Positions 45,701 to 54,236 of a stretch of 64,000 nt of DNA are shown one piece after another; the first letter of the stretch is position 1, and each line of letters begins with the position of its first letter. The notes under the pieces are model-generated. The model worked only from the letters and a program-made list of their open reading frames with translations. It searched no databases and was not told the DNA's origin. The stretch comes from Alphaproteobacteria bacterium (GTDB lineage: Bacteria > Pseudomonadota > Alphaproteobacteria > GCA-2731375), in the NCBI GenBank assembly GCA_965232515.1, contig CBDDPY010000002.1, forward strand, positions 2,848,001 to 2,912,000, given 5' to 3'. The position numbers and the translations under genes were made by a program.

Positions 45701-46420
45701 TTAGCTTCCATCCCGCGCCGCGCGCCATTCGTCGTAGGCGGCGAGCGTTTCTTCGTTGGGCGGGTATGTGCCGATGGTGGGGTGGCCGTCGCGGACGCGC
45801 TGGATCAGGAATTCCTCCAGCACCTCCTGCTCGGCGCTGTCGCGGGCGACCTCGTCGGCGACGACGCGCGGAATGACGACCACGCCGTCGGTATCGCCGA
45901 CCAGCACGTCGCCCGGAAACACCGCGACGCCGCCGCAGGCGATCGGCTGGCCGATGTCGGCGCCGAAATGCACGGTGATGCTCGCCGGCGCGGCCGAGCC
46001 GTTGCAGAACACCGGCAGGCCCACCGCGGCGACGGCGGCGGCATCGCGCATCGGTCCGTCGGCGACCACGGCGGCGCAGCCGCGCGCCAGCAGCCGCGTC
46101 GCCAGGATGTCGCCGAGCGCGCCGGCGCGGCGGTCGCCGCGGCAATCGATCACCATGACCTGGCCGGGCGGGATGTCCTCGATGGCCTTGCGCGGCGGAT
46201 ATTCGGGATCGCCCAGCACCTCCGGCCGGCTCAGATCCTCGCGCATGGGAATGAAGCGCAAGGTGTAGGCCTCGGCGGCGAAGCGGCTGTTCGCCGGATC
46301 GAGCGGCTTGGCGTCCTGGATGAAGACATTGCGGAAGCCGCGCTTCAGAAGCTGCATCGTCAGCGTCGCCGTGCCGACGCCCCGCAGTGTTTCAAGCGTG
46401 TTTGGGTCGAGGGCCGCCAT
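45701..46420 (-). CDS. RraA-like / HMG aldolase family protein
   Basis: AYTLRFIPMRED, GDIL, VADGPMRD, CGGVAVFPGDVLVGD.DGVVVIP. Confidence 0.88.
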   Translation of the reverse strand: MAALDPNTLETLRGVGTATLTMQLLKRGFRNVFIQDAKPLDPANSRFAAEAYTLRFIPMREDLSRPEVLGDPEYPPRKAIEDIPPGQVMVIDCRGDRRAGALGDILATRLLARGCAAVVADGPMRDAAAVAAVGLPVFCNGSAAPASITVHFGADIGQPIACGGVAVFPGDVLVGDTDGVVVIPRVVADEVARDSAEQEVLEEFLIQRVRDGHPTIGTYPPNEETLAAYDEWRAARDGS

Positions 46421-47613
46421 TACGCGGCCCGCCCGAGCAGGCCACGCAGGGCCAGATTCCGCATCAGCTCGCCGACCCCGAAGGTCCAGGGCGGCAGCCG
46501 GTCGGTATGGTTCACCCGGTTGATCAGCGCGCCGAGCATTGGCGTCGAGATCGTCACCACGTCGCCCAGATGGTGTGTGAAGCCTTGATCCGGACCGTCG
46601 CGATCTTCCGTCGGGGCGAACATGGTGCCGGTGAACAGCAACAGACCATCGGGATACTGGTTATGGGCGCCGATGGCCTGGCCCGCGAGGTCGGCGGGAT
46701 CGCGGCTGATCTCGGACAGCGAGCTGACGCCGTCCACGGTGAAGCCGTCGTCGCCCGCGACGGTCAGGCGGATGTCCATGCGGCGCACGTCGTCCATCGT
46801 GAAGCTGTCGTCGAACAGCCGCACGAACGGCCCGACGGCGCAGGAGCCGCGGTTGTCCTTGGCCTTGCCCAGAAGCAGAGAGCTGCGGCCCTCGACGTCG
46901 CGCAGGTTCACGTCGTTGCCCAGCGTCGCGCCGACGACGCGACCGTCCGGCGCGATCACCAGCACGACCTCCGGCTCCGGATTGTTCCAGGTCGAGGCCG
47001 GATGCACGCCGATCTCGGCGCCGGTCCCAACCGACGCCATTGGCTGGGACTTGGTGAAGACCTCGGCGTCGGGACCGATACCGACTTCGAGATAGGGCGA
47101 CCAGAGCCCCTTCTCGACCAGCACCTGCTTGACCGCCATGGCGCCGTCCGAGCCCGGCTCGATGTCGGCGAGGCTGTCGCCGATCTGTTCGGCCATCAGG
47201 CGGCGAATTTCGGCGGCCTGGTCGGGATCGCCCTTGGCCTGCTCCTCGATGACGCGCTCGAGCATGCTGCGCACGAAGGTAACCCCGCAGGCCTTCAGCG
47301 CCTGCAGATCTGCCGGCGCCAGAAAATGCGGCGCGTCACCCCGGCGGGCGGCGTGGTGGCTGTTGGCGAGAATGTCGGCGACGTCGCCGAGACGTTCGCC
47401 GGCGCCCGCTGTCGCCGTCGTGGCCGGATCGTCCGCCGCCAGAAGGCCGGCCAGCGTCGGCGCGACGGCGCTCAGATCGAACACGCCGTCGTCGCGCACC
47501 AGCACCGGACTCGGCCCCGGAACCGTGCCGGGCACCCATGCCCGGCCGACGAATGTGCCGCTAAGACCGCCTTCCGGCAGGCAATTCGTTGGCGTCAGGT
47601 CGACGTCCGGCAT
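46420..47613 (-). CDS. Fumarylacetoacetate-hydrolase family (XylX/KDX-dehydratase-like)
   Basis: KACGVTF, AEVFTK, WNNPEPE, GNDVNLRDVEGRS.LLLGKAKDN, TGTMFAP. Confidence 0.88.
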   Translation of the reverse strand: MPDVDLTPTNCLPEGGLSGTFVGRAWVPGTVPGPSPVLVRDDGVFDLSAVAPTLAGLLAADDPATTATAGAGERLGDVADILANSHHAARRGDAPHFLAPADLQALKACGVTFVRSMLERVIEEQAKGDPDQAAEIRRLMAEQIGDSLADIEPGSDGAMAVKQVLVEKGLWSPYLEVGIGPDAEVFTKSQPMASVGTGAEIGVHPASTWNNPEPEVVLVIAPDGRVVGATLGNDVNLRDVEGRSSLLLGKAKDNRGSCAVGPFVRLFDDSFTMDDVRRMDIRLTVAGDDGFTVDGVSSLSEISRDPADLAGQAIGAHNQYPDGLLLFTGTMFAPTEDRDGPDQGFTHHLGDVVTISTPMLGALINRVNHTDRLPPWTFGVGELMRNLALRGLLGRAA

Positions 47614-47694
47614 GCCATCCCTCCCGTTTCCGATGCCGCCAGTATGCCACCGGCAGCGGGCGGAAGGCCACGGCCCGAATGGTCGTGTTGCGGG

Positions 47695-48207
47695 TTAGGC
47701 GCTGGCCGCCGGGAGCAACGGTTGAACGGAGCCGCCAGATTCCGACCGGGCGCTCTGACCGGCCGCGACGGCCTGCGACAGGAACGACATGAACATTGGC
47801 CATTGCTGACTGCCGAAATGTTTCAGCAGGCGTTTCTGCGCCGCCTCCCAGAGCGGTATGGCGCGGGTGATTGCGGCGATGCCGTCCTCCGACAGGGAGA
47901 TCAGCTTCCGATTGCCGGTCGGACCGGCAGTCTTTTCGATCAATCCCTGCTGCATCAGCGGCTGCAGGTTACGGGCCAGCGTCGACGGGTCCATCACGAG
48001 CTCGCGCGACAGCTTGGCGACGCTAGCCGGCCCGTGCCCCGCGACCGTGATCAGGATGGCGAGCTGGGTCGAGCGCAGGCCGGTGGGCTCCAGCGCCTCG
48101 TCGAACAGCTGCGTGACAACGCGCGACGCCTTGCGAATGTTCAAGCACCCACAGGACTCCGCCGCGGCGGCGCAGTGCTCCGGGTCGAACCGAATTCCCG
48201 ACGTCAT
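47695..48207 (-). CDS. MarR-family regulator (N-terminal CxC), paralogue of 21768-22226
   Basis: SCGCLNIRKASRVVTQLFDEALEPTGLRSTQ, MDPSTLARNLQPL, PLWEAAQ. Confidence 0.9.
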   Translation of the reverse strand: MTSGIRFDPEHCAAAAESCGCLNIRKASRVVTQLFDEALEPTGLRSTQLAILITVAGHGPASVAKLSRELVMDPSTLARNLQPLMQQGLIEKTAGPTGNRKLISLSEDGIAAITRAIPLWEAAQKRLLKHFGSQQWPMFMSFLSQAVAAGQSARSESGGSVQPLLPAASA

Positions 48208-48304
48208 GGCGTCGGCCCCCCTTTAATTTTGTTATCGGTTGATCGTCATTATTCACGAACCCGTGAACAGTGCAATGGGAACGGCCACCAACTTCATGCG
48301 TTTA

Positions 48305-48320
48305 CCTTGTATATGCACTT
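48305..48320. promoter_or_regulatory. MarR-type operator upstream of the PEP-CTERM gene
   Basis: Reverse complement AAGTGCATATACAAGG, 13/16 identical to the site at 21712. Confidence 0.55.
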
Positions 48321-48336
48321 TACAAGGGGGTTGATC

Positions 48337-48972
48337 ATGGCACCGTGCCAGCACAAGGGCCATCATAGCATCATTTCAATAGCTGTCGTTTCCGTCATCC
48401 TCGTCGCTACCCTGATCGCCGGTTCCGGTTCGGCCAAGGCGGTGCCGACCATCATCGATTTCAACGCCGGCCAGGGCTTCGCGGTTCGTAGCATCCCGGC
48501 CGGTGATCCGGCGGGTACCGGCACCACGGCGTTTTCACGCATCGGCGCGGCATTCGACGGCGGCGAAGTCCTGTTCACGGGCACGCCGGCCTTCTACGCC
48601 TCGCCGCCATCGTCTTATGTGTTCGGCGGCAATCCCGGTTCGGTGATGTTCCGCGACCTGGCAACCGGCGTGCGGTTTTTCTTCGTCGACAATGCCGGCG
48701 GTGGCGCCTTCACGGCGACCGCGTTCGACGATATGGACAACGTCATCGGCACGGTGTCGAGCAATCAAATCACGGTCGTGAACGACCCGGCCAACTTCGT
48801 CGGCTTCGGCCCCGACGCGGCGATCCGGCGAATCGCGTTCACCGGCGGCATCATCGACAACTTCGCCTTCGATGTGCCGGAGCCCGGCACGCTGTCGATC
48901 TTGGCGACCGGCATGCTGTCGTTGCTGGCCTTGCGGCGGCGGCGGCGGGTTGCGGCGAGAATTCCTGGCTAG
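48337..48972 (+). CDS. PEP-CTERM sorting-domain protein
   Basis: Signal peptide ending SAKA; C-terminal VPEPGTLSILATGMLSLLALRRRRR. Confidence 0.88.
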   Translation: MAPCQHKGHHSIISIAVVSVILVATLIAGSGSAKAVPTIIDFNAGQGFAVRSIPAGDPAGTGTTAFSRIGAAFDGGEVLFTGTPAFYASPPSSYVFGGNPGSVMFRDLATGVRFFFVDNAGGGAFTATAFDDMDNVIGTVSSNQITVVNDPANFVGFGPDAAIRRIAFTGGIIDNFAFDVPEPGTLSILATGMLSLLALRRRRRVAARIPG

Positions 48973-49709
48973 GACATCCGCGCGGCGAATGCCGTGTGGA
49001 TGTCGTCCTGCAGACGCTGCGCGGCCGCCTTGGGATCCTTGGCCTGCGTGACCTCGCGGGCGGCAACGATGTAGTCGGCGCCGCCGGCAATGGCCTCGGC
49101 CGGGGTAACGACGCGTTTCTGATCGCCGTGCGGCACGCCGGCCGAGCGCACGCCGGGCGTGACGACGATCGGGCCATCGCCCAACGCCTCGCGCAGGCGT
49201 GCCGCCTCGGCGCCGGACGCGACGATTCCGTCAAAGCCGGCCGCGACCGACTCGCGGGCACGATGCAGGACCAGGTCCGCCAAGTCCCAGGCGTAGCCCA
49301 TGCGGCGGATGTCGTCGGCGTCGAAGTTGGTCAGCACAGTTACGGCCAGCAGCTTGAGGTCGCTGTCGGCGCGGCCACGCACGGCCGCCGCCGGTGTCGG
49401 CCCGACGCCGTGCACGGTCAGGAAATGCACGCCGAGGCGGGCGATGCTGTCGGTGGCGCTGGCCACCGTCTGCTCGATGTCGAACAGCTTGGTGTCGAGG
49501 AAGATCTTCCGGCCGTCGGCGATCAGCTCGGCCGCGAAATCGATGCCGCCGGCGAACTGCAGCTGCAGCCCGATCTTGTAGAATTGCACCGTATCGCCCA
49601 GACGATCGACAAGCGCGCGGGCGGCATCCGCCGACGGCAGATCCAGACCGACAATCAACCGGTCTTCGATGGGCGCATCGCGCCCAACAACTGCCACCTG
49701 GTCCGCCAT
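48969..49709 (-). CDS. pyrF: Orotidine-5'-phosphate decarboxylase
   Basis: LIVGLD, YKIG, FLDTKLFDI, TVH, AVTVLT, VTPGVR, DQKRV.TP. Start ATG 49709 with GGAG RBS. Confidence 0.93.
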   Translation of the reverse strand: MADQVAVVGRDAPIEDRLIVGLDLPSADAARALVDRLGDTVQFYKIGLQLQFAGGIDFAAELIADGRKIFLDTKLFDIEQTVASATDSIARLGVHFLTVHGVGPTPAAAVRGRADSDLKLLAVTVLTNFDADDIRRMGYAWDLADLVLHRARESVAAGFDGIVASGAEAARLREALGDGPIVVTPGVRSAGVPHGDQKRVVTPAEAIAGGADYIVAAREVTQAKDPKAAAQRLQDDIHTAFAARMS

Positions 49710-49767
49710 CCGTATCTCCATCTGTCGCTTGGTCCGGCGGGAGCGGACTATAGCCGATTCGGCCGGC

Positions 49768-50778
49768 TCAGCCTTGCACGACGCCGTTGCTCGCCGCGTC
49801 CCAACGCCAGAGCGGACCGGGACTCCGCAGATGCACGCCGCCGCACCAACGGTCGACGCCGTTCTCGGCAATCCAGTCGGCCTCGCCCGCCAGCAGGGCG
49901 CGGCCGAACTCGGTGAGCGCGATGGGATCGCGCCAACCGGCCGCCGGCGTCAGCGCCGGACGCCGCGCCGACGTCAGCGACTCGATATCGCTCCAGTACA
50001 TCAGGTCGCCGAGGAACGGCCGTTCCTCGAGTTCCGTGTGCAGGGCATGGAACGCCCGGCCCGGCGTGTCGGCGCCTTCGGTCACGGCGCGGAGCGTCAG
50101 GCGCTGGGTCAGGCTCAGGCCGGAATCCGTCCAGGGCAGTTCCTGCAGATGCCGTCGCAGGGCGGCAGCCAGATATGGCAACGCCGGCGGGTCTTCGGCG
50201 GCCAACGCGGCGAGCGCCGTCGGATCGGGATCCTGCAAGGCCCGCCAGGCGCGGCTGGCGAGATCGAACATTTCAGCCGTCACCGGCCGTTCCTGCCCGA
50301 GCAGGCCGGCGAGCTGCGTCGGGTCGAGCTGGCCGTAGCCGACGAACCGGTCAATGCCGGGAACATGGTCGGTCGAGAGCAGGTACAGGCGGTCGTGCAG
50401 ATCCGGCAGGCCCCTGAAATAGTCCAGCAGTCGGATCAGGATGGCCTGGTCGTAGAGGTCGTGCTCGAACCAGAGGATCACGCGGTCGTAGTTTGCCGCA
50501 TCGGCGAGCGCCGCCCATTCGCGCTCGAGACGGGCCTGGCAGTCCGCCGCCGTGCCCTGCCGCCAGGCCTCCGCGATGAATCGCCCGCGCCGCCGGTGCA
50601 GTTCGGCAACCTCGACGCCCGCCGGCACCGGCCCCCGGCAAACGGGGTCGGCGAATTCGAGAAAATCCCCCGGTACAGCGGCAGCCGCCAGCGTCTCTTT
50701 GATGTCGCTGCCGCAGCGGATATGCAGTTGGCGCGGCTCGCCCACCGTCGCCAGCTCGTTCGCGACCCCAGATGTCAT
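49768..50778 (-). CDS. DUF1835-like protein
   Basis: HIRCGSD, DPVCRGPVP, LWFEHDLYDQ, RHLQELP..GLS.TQR, FLGD, DRWCGGV. Confidence 0.8.
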   Translation of the reverse strand: MTSGVANELATVGEPRQLHIRCGSDIKETLAAAAVPGDFLEFADPVCRGPVPAGVEVAELHRRRGRFIAEAWRQGTAADCQARLEREWAALADAANYDRVILWFEHDLYDQAILIRLLDYFRGLPDLHDRLYLLSTDHVPGIDRFVGYGQLDPTQLAGLLGQERPVTAEMFDLASRAWRALQDPDPTALAALAAEDPPALPYLAAALRRHLQELPWTDSGLSLTQRLTLRAVTEGADTPGRAFHALHTELEERPFLGDLMYWSDIESLTSARRPALTPAAGWRDPIALTEFGRALLAGEADWIAENGVDRWCGGVHLRSPGPLWRWDAASNGVVQG

Positions 50779-50814
50779 GGTGTCAACCTAGGTGGTGGCC
50801 GCCAACGGGGCCAG

Positions 50815-50847
50815 AAAAAAAGCGCCCCCGGAGAAGATCCGGGGGCG
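50815..50847 (-). terminator. Intrinsic terminator of the putative sRNA
   Basis: Minus strand CGCCCCCGGA-TCTTC-TCCGGGGGCG-C-TTTTTTT. Confidence 0.85.
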
Positions 50848-50903
50848 AGTCTAACAGGGAGGTCGGAACCCATCAGGTTGGGGGGGAAGCCTTGAAGGGT
50901 TCA
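50815..50903 (-). ncRNA. Putative sigma54-dependent small RNA (~90 nt)
   Basis: Promoter upstream, terminator at 3' end; 5' hairpin GAACCC..GGGTTC with loop CTTCCCCCCCAA; CCTCCC linker; no plausible ORF. Confidence 0.7.
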
Positions 50904-50912
50904 CTCTCCACA

Positions 50913-50930
50913 TTGCATCGCGCGTGCCAG
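50913..50930 (-). promoter_or_regulatory. sigma54 (-24/-12) promoter
   Basis: Minus strand CTGGCACGCGCGATGCAA: TGGCAC-N5-ATGCA with exact GG-N10-GC spacing. Confidence 0.75.
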
Positions 50931-51074
50931 TTTTTGCCGGTACGGAAATCCGGCCTTTTTCGACTGTAGTTCGCCAATGGCACAACAAATTCTGTATCAA
51001 TCTGGGACGCATCCAGGTTCGATACAGACCTGAACGCAGCCCAGTTGGCATGGCTGCAGAACGGAAATAAATCT

Positions 51075-51104
51075 ATTGACCAATTGGTAAATCCAACGTA
51101 CCTT
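51075..51104 (+). promoter_or_regulatory. Candidate sigma70 promoter overlapped by a palindromic operator
   Basis: TTGACC-17nt-TACCTT; dyad ATTGACCAATTGGTAAAT covers the -35 box. Confidence 0.5.
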
Positions 51105-51186
51105 TTGACGGGTGGATGCAGTCGAGTGGCTAGCGTGTGGGGACGTGCGCCACGACAAGGGCAAATGGGGACAAGGAGAGCGATCG

Positions 51187-52290
51187 ATGGCGCTGGACAC
51201 GCTTCAGCAAGGCAAAGCCGACAACCTGGCCGAACGGATAGAGATGCCGCCGGCCGAAACCAGCGGCGCCGAGCCGGACGCCGCGCAATTGCTGTTTGGC
51301 GCGGAAGATCCGCCACCCTTTCCTGAGATGAACATCTTTCCGCTGGAATGGCGGGTCGAGACGCCGAAGCTGGAGGCAATCTACGATTCCGCCCGCGATC
51401 CCGGCTGGGCGCCGAACAAGCTGCCCTGGGACACGCTTGATCCGAGCGCCTTCACGCTCGATCAGCGCTACGCCATCTCCTACTGGTTTACGCTGCTGAG
51501 CGTGTTCGACGGTTCCGGCCCGGCCGTGTTCTCGCGCGCCTTCATTCACACCTGGGAGACGCACGAGGAAGACCCGATCCGCAAGTGCTTCTTCTCGATC
51601 GTCCGCGACGAGGTCAATCACGAGGAGATCTGCCAGCGCGCGATCCAGGCGATGACGCCGAACGGCCCGCTCGATTTCGAGCCGGAGACGCCGCTGGGCC
51701 AGCTCGCCCGCAACAACATCAAGTGGTACTACCACAACGGCTGCCGCTACTGGTCCGGCTTCCAGAAGGGCGTGCTGAAGTTCCAGCTGCCGATCCTGTT
51801 CACCTCGTTCCTGATGGGCGAGGTCGCCTCGTCGACGCTGTTCCATTCCATGTACCAGAAGACCTCGATCCCGGTGTTCAAGGAATGCTTCAAGCGCGTC
51901 GGCCAGGACGAGGCCCGGCACATGGGCATCTGCCTGACCGTGCTGGAGAACATCCTGCCGAACCTGACCAACGAGCAGCGCGAGATCATCACCAAGCAGA
52001 TCCGCGCCGGCTTCGTCTTCCTCTCAGGTATCCTCTACCTGCCGCCGGAGGATTTCTGGGAGCTCGGCCCGACCTTCCGCCCGGCGCACAAGCTGCTGGA
52101 GGAGACCGCCCGCGAGGCCGGCCTCGGCATCCTCACCGACGAGGAGCGCCGCGAGAACTGGCGCACCGCCGTGCTCAAGCTCAAGGGCCTGCTCGACCCC
52201 TACGGCGTCGAGTTCCCGGCCCTGCCCGAGATCGGCATCGACGGCAAAACCGTCGCCTTCGATCCCGACGACATTATCCCCGTCTTCTGA
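51187..52290 (+). CDS. Ferritin-like di-iron carboxylate protein (oxygenase/desaturase-like)
   Basis: AAGGAG RBS; two DExxH motifs (RDEVNHEE, QDEARHMG) plus MGEVAS and SVFDG acidic ligands. Confidence 0.82.
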   Translation: MALDTLQQGKADNLAERIEMPPAETSGAEPDAAQLLFGAEDPPPFPEMNIFPLEWRVETPKLEAIYDSARDPGWAPNKLPWDTLDPSAFTLDQRYAISYWFTLLSVFDGSGPAVFSRAFIHTWETHEEDPIRKCFFSIVRDEVNHEEICQRAIQAMTPNGPLDFEPETPLGQLARNNIKWYYHNGCRYWSGFQKGVLKFQLPILFTSFLMGEVASSTLFHSMYQKTSIPVFKECFKRVGQDEARHMGICLTVLENILPNLTNEQREIITKQIRAGFVFLSGILYLPPEDFWELGPTFRPAHKLLEETAREAGLGILTDEERRENWRTAVLKLKGLLDPYGVEFPALPEIGIDGKTVAFDPDDIIPVF

Positions 52291-52337
52291 TGTCGTGACG
52301 TACCCCCGGACCGGCGACCACCGCCGGTCCACCTGTC

Positions 52338-52378
52338 AAAAAAATGGAGCGGCGTTAAAGGCGCCGCTCCGTCTTTTT
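52338..52378. terminator. Bidirectional intrinsic terminator
   Basis: A-tract, GGAGCGGCG..CGCCGCTCC, T-tract between convergent genes; preceded by the hairpin GGACCGGCG..CGCCGGTCC. Confidence 0.75.
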
Positions 52379-52414
52379 GGAGGTGTTTTTCGATTAAGCC
52401 CTGATCGCCGTCCG

Positions 52415-53455
52415 CTAAAGCACCGCCTCGGCAAGCACCTGCAGCGCCTCCGGCTTATTCACCCGGACCAGCATGGAGCCGACGTGGCGTTTGGCGCCGG
52501 CGTCCTTCCAGGCCTCGAGGCGGTCGCGGATGCGGTCGGCAGGACCGACCAACGCCATGGCGTCGACCAGGTCGTCGGGCACGGCGGCCACGGCCTCGGC
52601 GCGGCGGCCGTCCAGGAAGGCGTCCTGGATCTTCACCGCCGCCTCCTCGTAGCCCATGCGCTTGGCGTAGTCGTTGTAGAAGTTCTTATCGCGCGCGCCC
52701 ATGCCGCCGATGTAAAGCGCCAGGTTCTCCTTGATCGGCAGGCGGCAGGCGTCGAGATCGTCGCCCATGGCCACGGAGACGAACGGCGCGACCTCGAAAT
52801 CGTCGAGCCCCTTGCCGCCGCCGGCCTTCTCGAAACCTTCCGCCAGATAGGTCCCGTAGGCGTCGTAGCGCTCAGGAATCATGAAGAACGGGAAGATGCC
52901 ATCGGCCACCTCGGCGCTGGTGCGGATACCGGCGGGGGCGATGCTGGCGGTGTAGATCTTCAGGTCGGGCTTGGGGTGCAAAATGGTCTTCAGCGGCTTG
53001 CCGAGGCCGGTCGCGCCCTCGCCGTTGTAAGGGATCTGATAGTGGAAGCCCTCGTGCGTCAGCGGCTCCTGACGGGCGAAGATCTTACGGACGATCTCGA
53101 TATACTCGCGCGTCCGGGTCAGCGGCCGGCCATAGGGCACGCCGTGCCAACCTTCGACCACCTGCGGGCCCGACGGGCCGAGACCGAGGATGAAGCGGTC
53201 GCCCGAGAGCTGCTGCAGGGTCATGGCCGTCATCGCCGTGCAGGCGGGCGTCCGTCCCGGCATCTGCATGATCGCCGTACCGACCTTGATCTTCGTGGTG
53301 CGGGCCAGAATCCAGGTCGCCGGCGTCACGGCGTCCGAGCCCCAGGCCTCCGACGTCCAGACGCTGTCGAACCCAAGCCGCTCGGCCTCCAAGATCAGAT
53401 CCATGTGCGGGTCGTAATGCGGGCCGCTATAGCCCATGAGAAGGCCGAGACGCAT
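52415..53455 (-). CDS. Luciferase-like monooxygenase (LLM), F420-dependent-type oxidoreductase
   Basis: AERLGFDSVWTSEAWGSDA, GLGPSGPQVVEGWHG, ALYIGGMGARDKNFY. Start ATG 53455. Confidence 0.9.
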   Translation of the reverse strand: MRLGLLMGYSGPHYDPHMDLILEAERLGFDSVWTSEAWGSDAVTPATWILARTTKIKVGTAIMQMPGRTPACTAMTAMTLQQLSGDRFILGLGPSGPQVVEGWHGVPYGRPLTRTREYIEIVRKIFARQEPLTHEGFHYQIPYNGEGATGLGKPLKTILHPKPDLKIYTASIAPAGIRTSAEVADGIFPFFMIPERYDAYGTYLAEGFEKAGGGKGLDDFEVAPFVSVAMGDDLDACRLPIKENLALYIGGMGARDKNFYNDYAKRMGYEEAAVKIQDAFLDGRRAEAVAAVPDDLVDAMALVGPADRIRDRLEAWKDAGAKRHVGSMLVRVNKPEALQVLAEAVL

Positions 53456-53619
53456 GGCGATGTCCTTTCCCTGTGCGTGTCCGACGGCGCGTCGCGGCGC
53501 CGCGTTGCTTGACCTCAAGGCCTATCGCAAACGCGTGACACGGGCAACCGGCACGGGCTGATCCGGTGCCGAAATTCAGTGACCGTTCAAACCGCCGGCG
53601 CGTTGGCGCGCCGATAGTG

Positions 53620-54081
53620 TCAGACCTTGTCGATGCGACAGGTGAGATCGAGGCGCAGCTTGCCGTTCTTGGCCCGACGGTCGAGGTCGATGCGGCGCGC
53701 CTTGGCCTTGCGCCGGAACGCGGCCATCAGCACCTCGCGCTCATCCTTGGTCAGATCGCGCGCGCTCAAGCTCACCTCGACACCGCCATTGGCCGGTTTC
53801 GGGGCCGATTTTCGCTTCGCCGTGGCGCTTGCCGCCTTGCCGTTGGCCCGCGCCGGCCTGCGGTCCGGCTTGCCGAAAACGGCGTTCCAGCCATCCCGGT
53901 ACTCGTCGGTGGAGACGCTGGAGAAATAGCTGATCGGCCGCGCCGGCGCCTTGCCGCCGCCGGACGACGAACTGCTGGAACTGGAACCGGAACCGGAGTC
54001 GCTCGACTTGGAGCCGCTGTCCGACTTGGACGAGGAAGACGAAGAGCTGGAATCGCTCTTTTTCGTTTTGTCGGCACTCAT
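53620..54081 (-). CDS. Hypothetical protein with Ser-rich disordered N-terminus and basic C-terminus
   Basis: GAGG RBS; poly-Ser tracts; ISYFSSVSTDEYRDGWNAVFGK motif. Confidence 0.7.
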   Translation of the reverse strand: MSADKTKKSDSSSSSSSSKSDSGSKSSDSGSGSSSSSSSSGGGKAPARPISYFSSVSTDEYRDGWNAVFGKPDRRPARANGKAASATAKRKSAPKPANGGVEVSLSARDLTKDEREVLMAAFRRKAKARRIDLDRRAKNGKLRLDLTCRIDKV

Positions 54082-54236
54082 TGTTGAACCAACACCTCAC
54101 GTTTGCGCTGCCATGGGACCTGACGGGCGGCTCTATACCAAAACTGCCGAATTTTTCAATTCACAGCCGGCATGGCGGGCCGATAGCCCGCTTTCGGCTA
54201 TAGTGCCGGCGTCCGCGGTAATGGGAGGAGACGACG

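Noticed and set aside
46387-48972. 861-aa ORF ending in PEP-CTERM
   Set aside because: The first ~650 aa are antisense to the FAH and MarR genes; the real gene starts near 48337.
50978-51060. Plus-strand sigma54-like TGGCAC/TGGCAT sites
   Set aside because: No GC at the required GG-N10-GC spacing.
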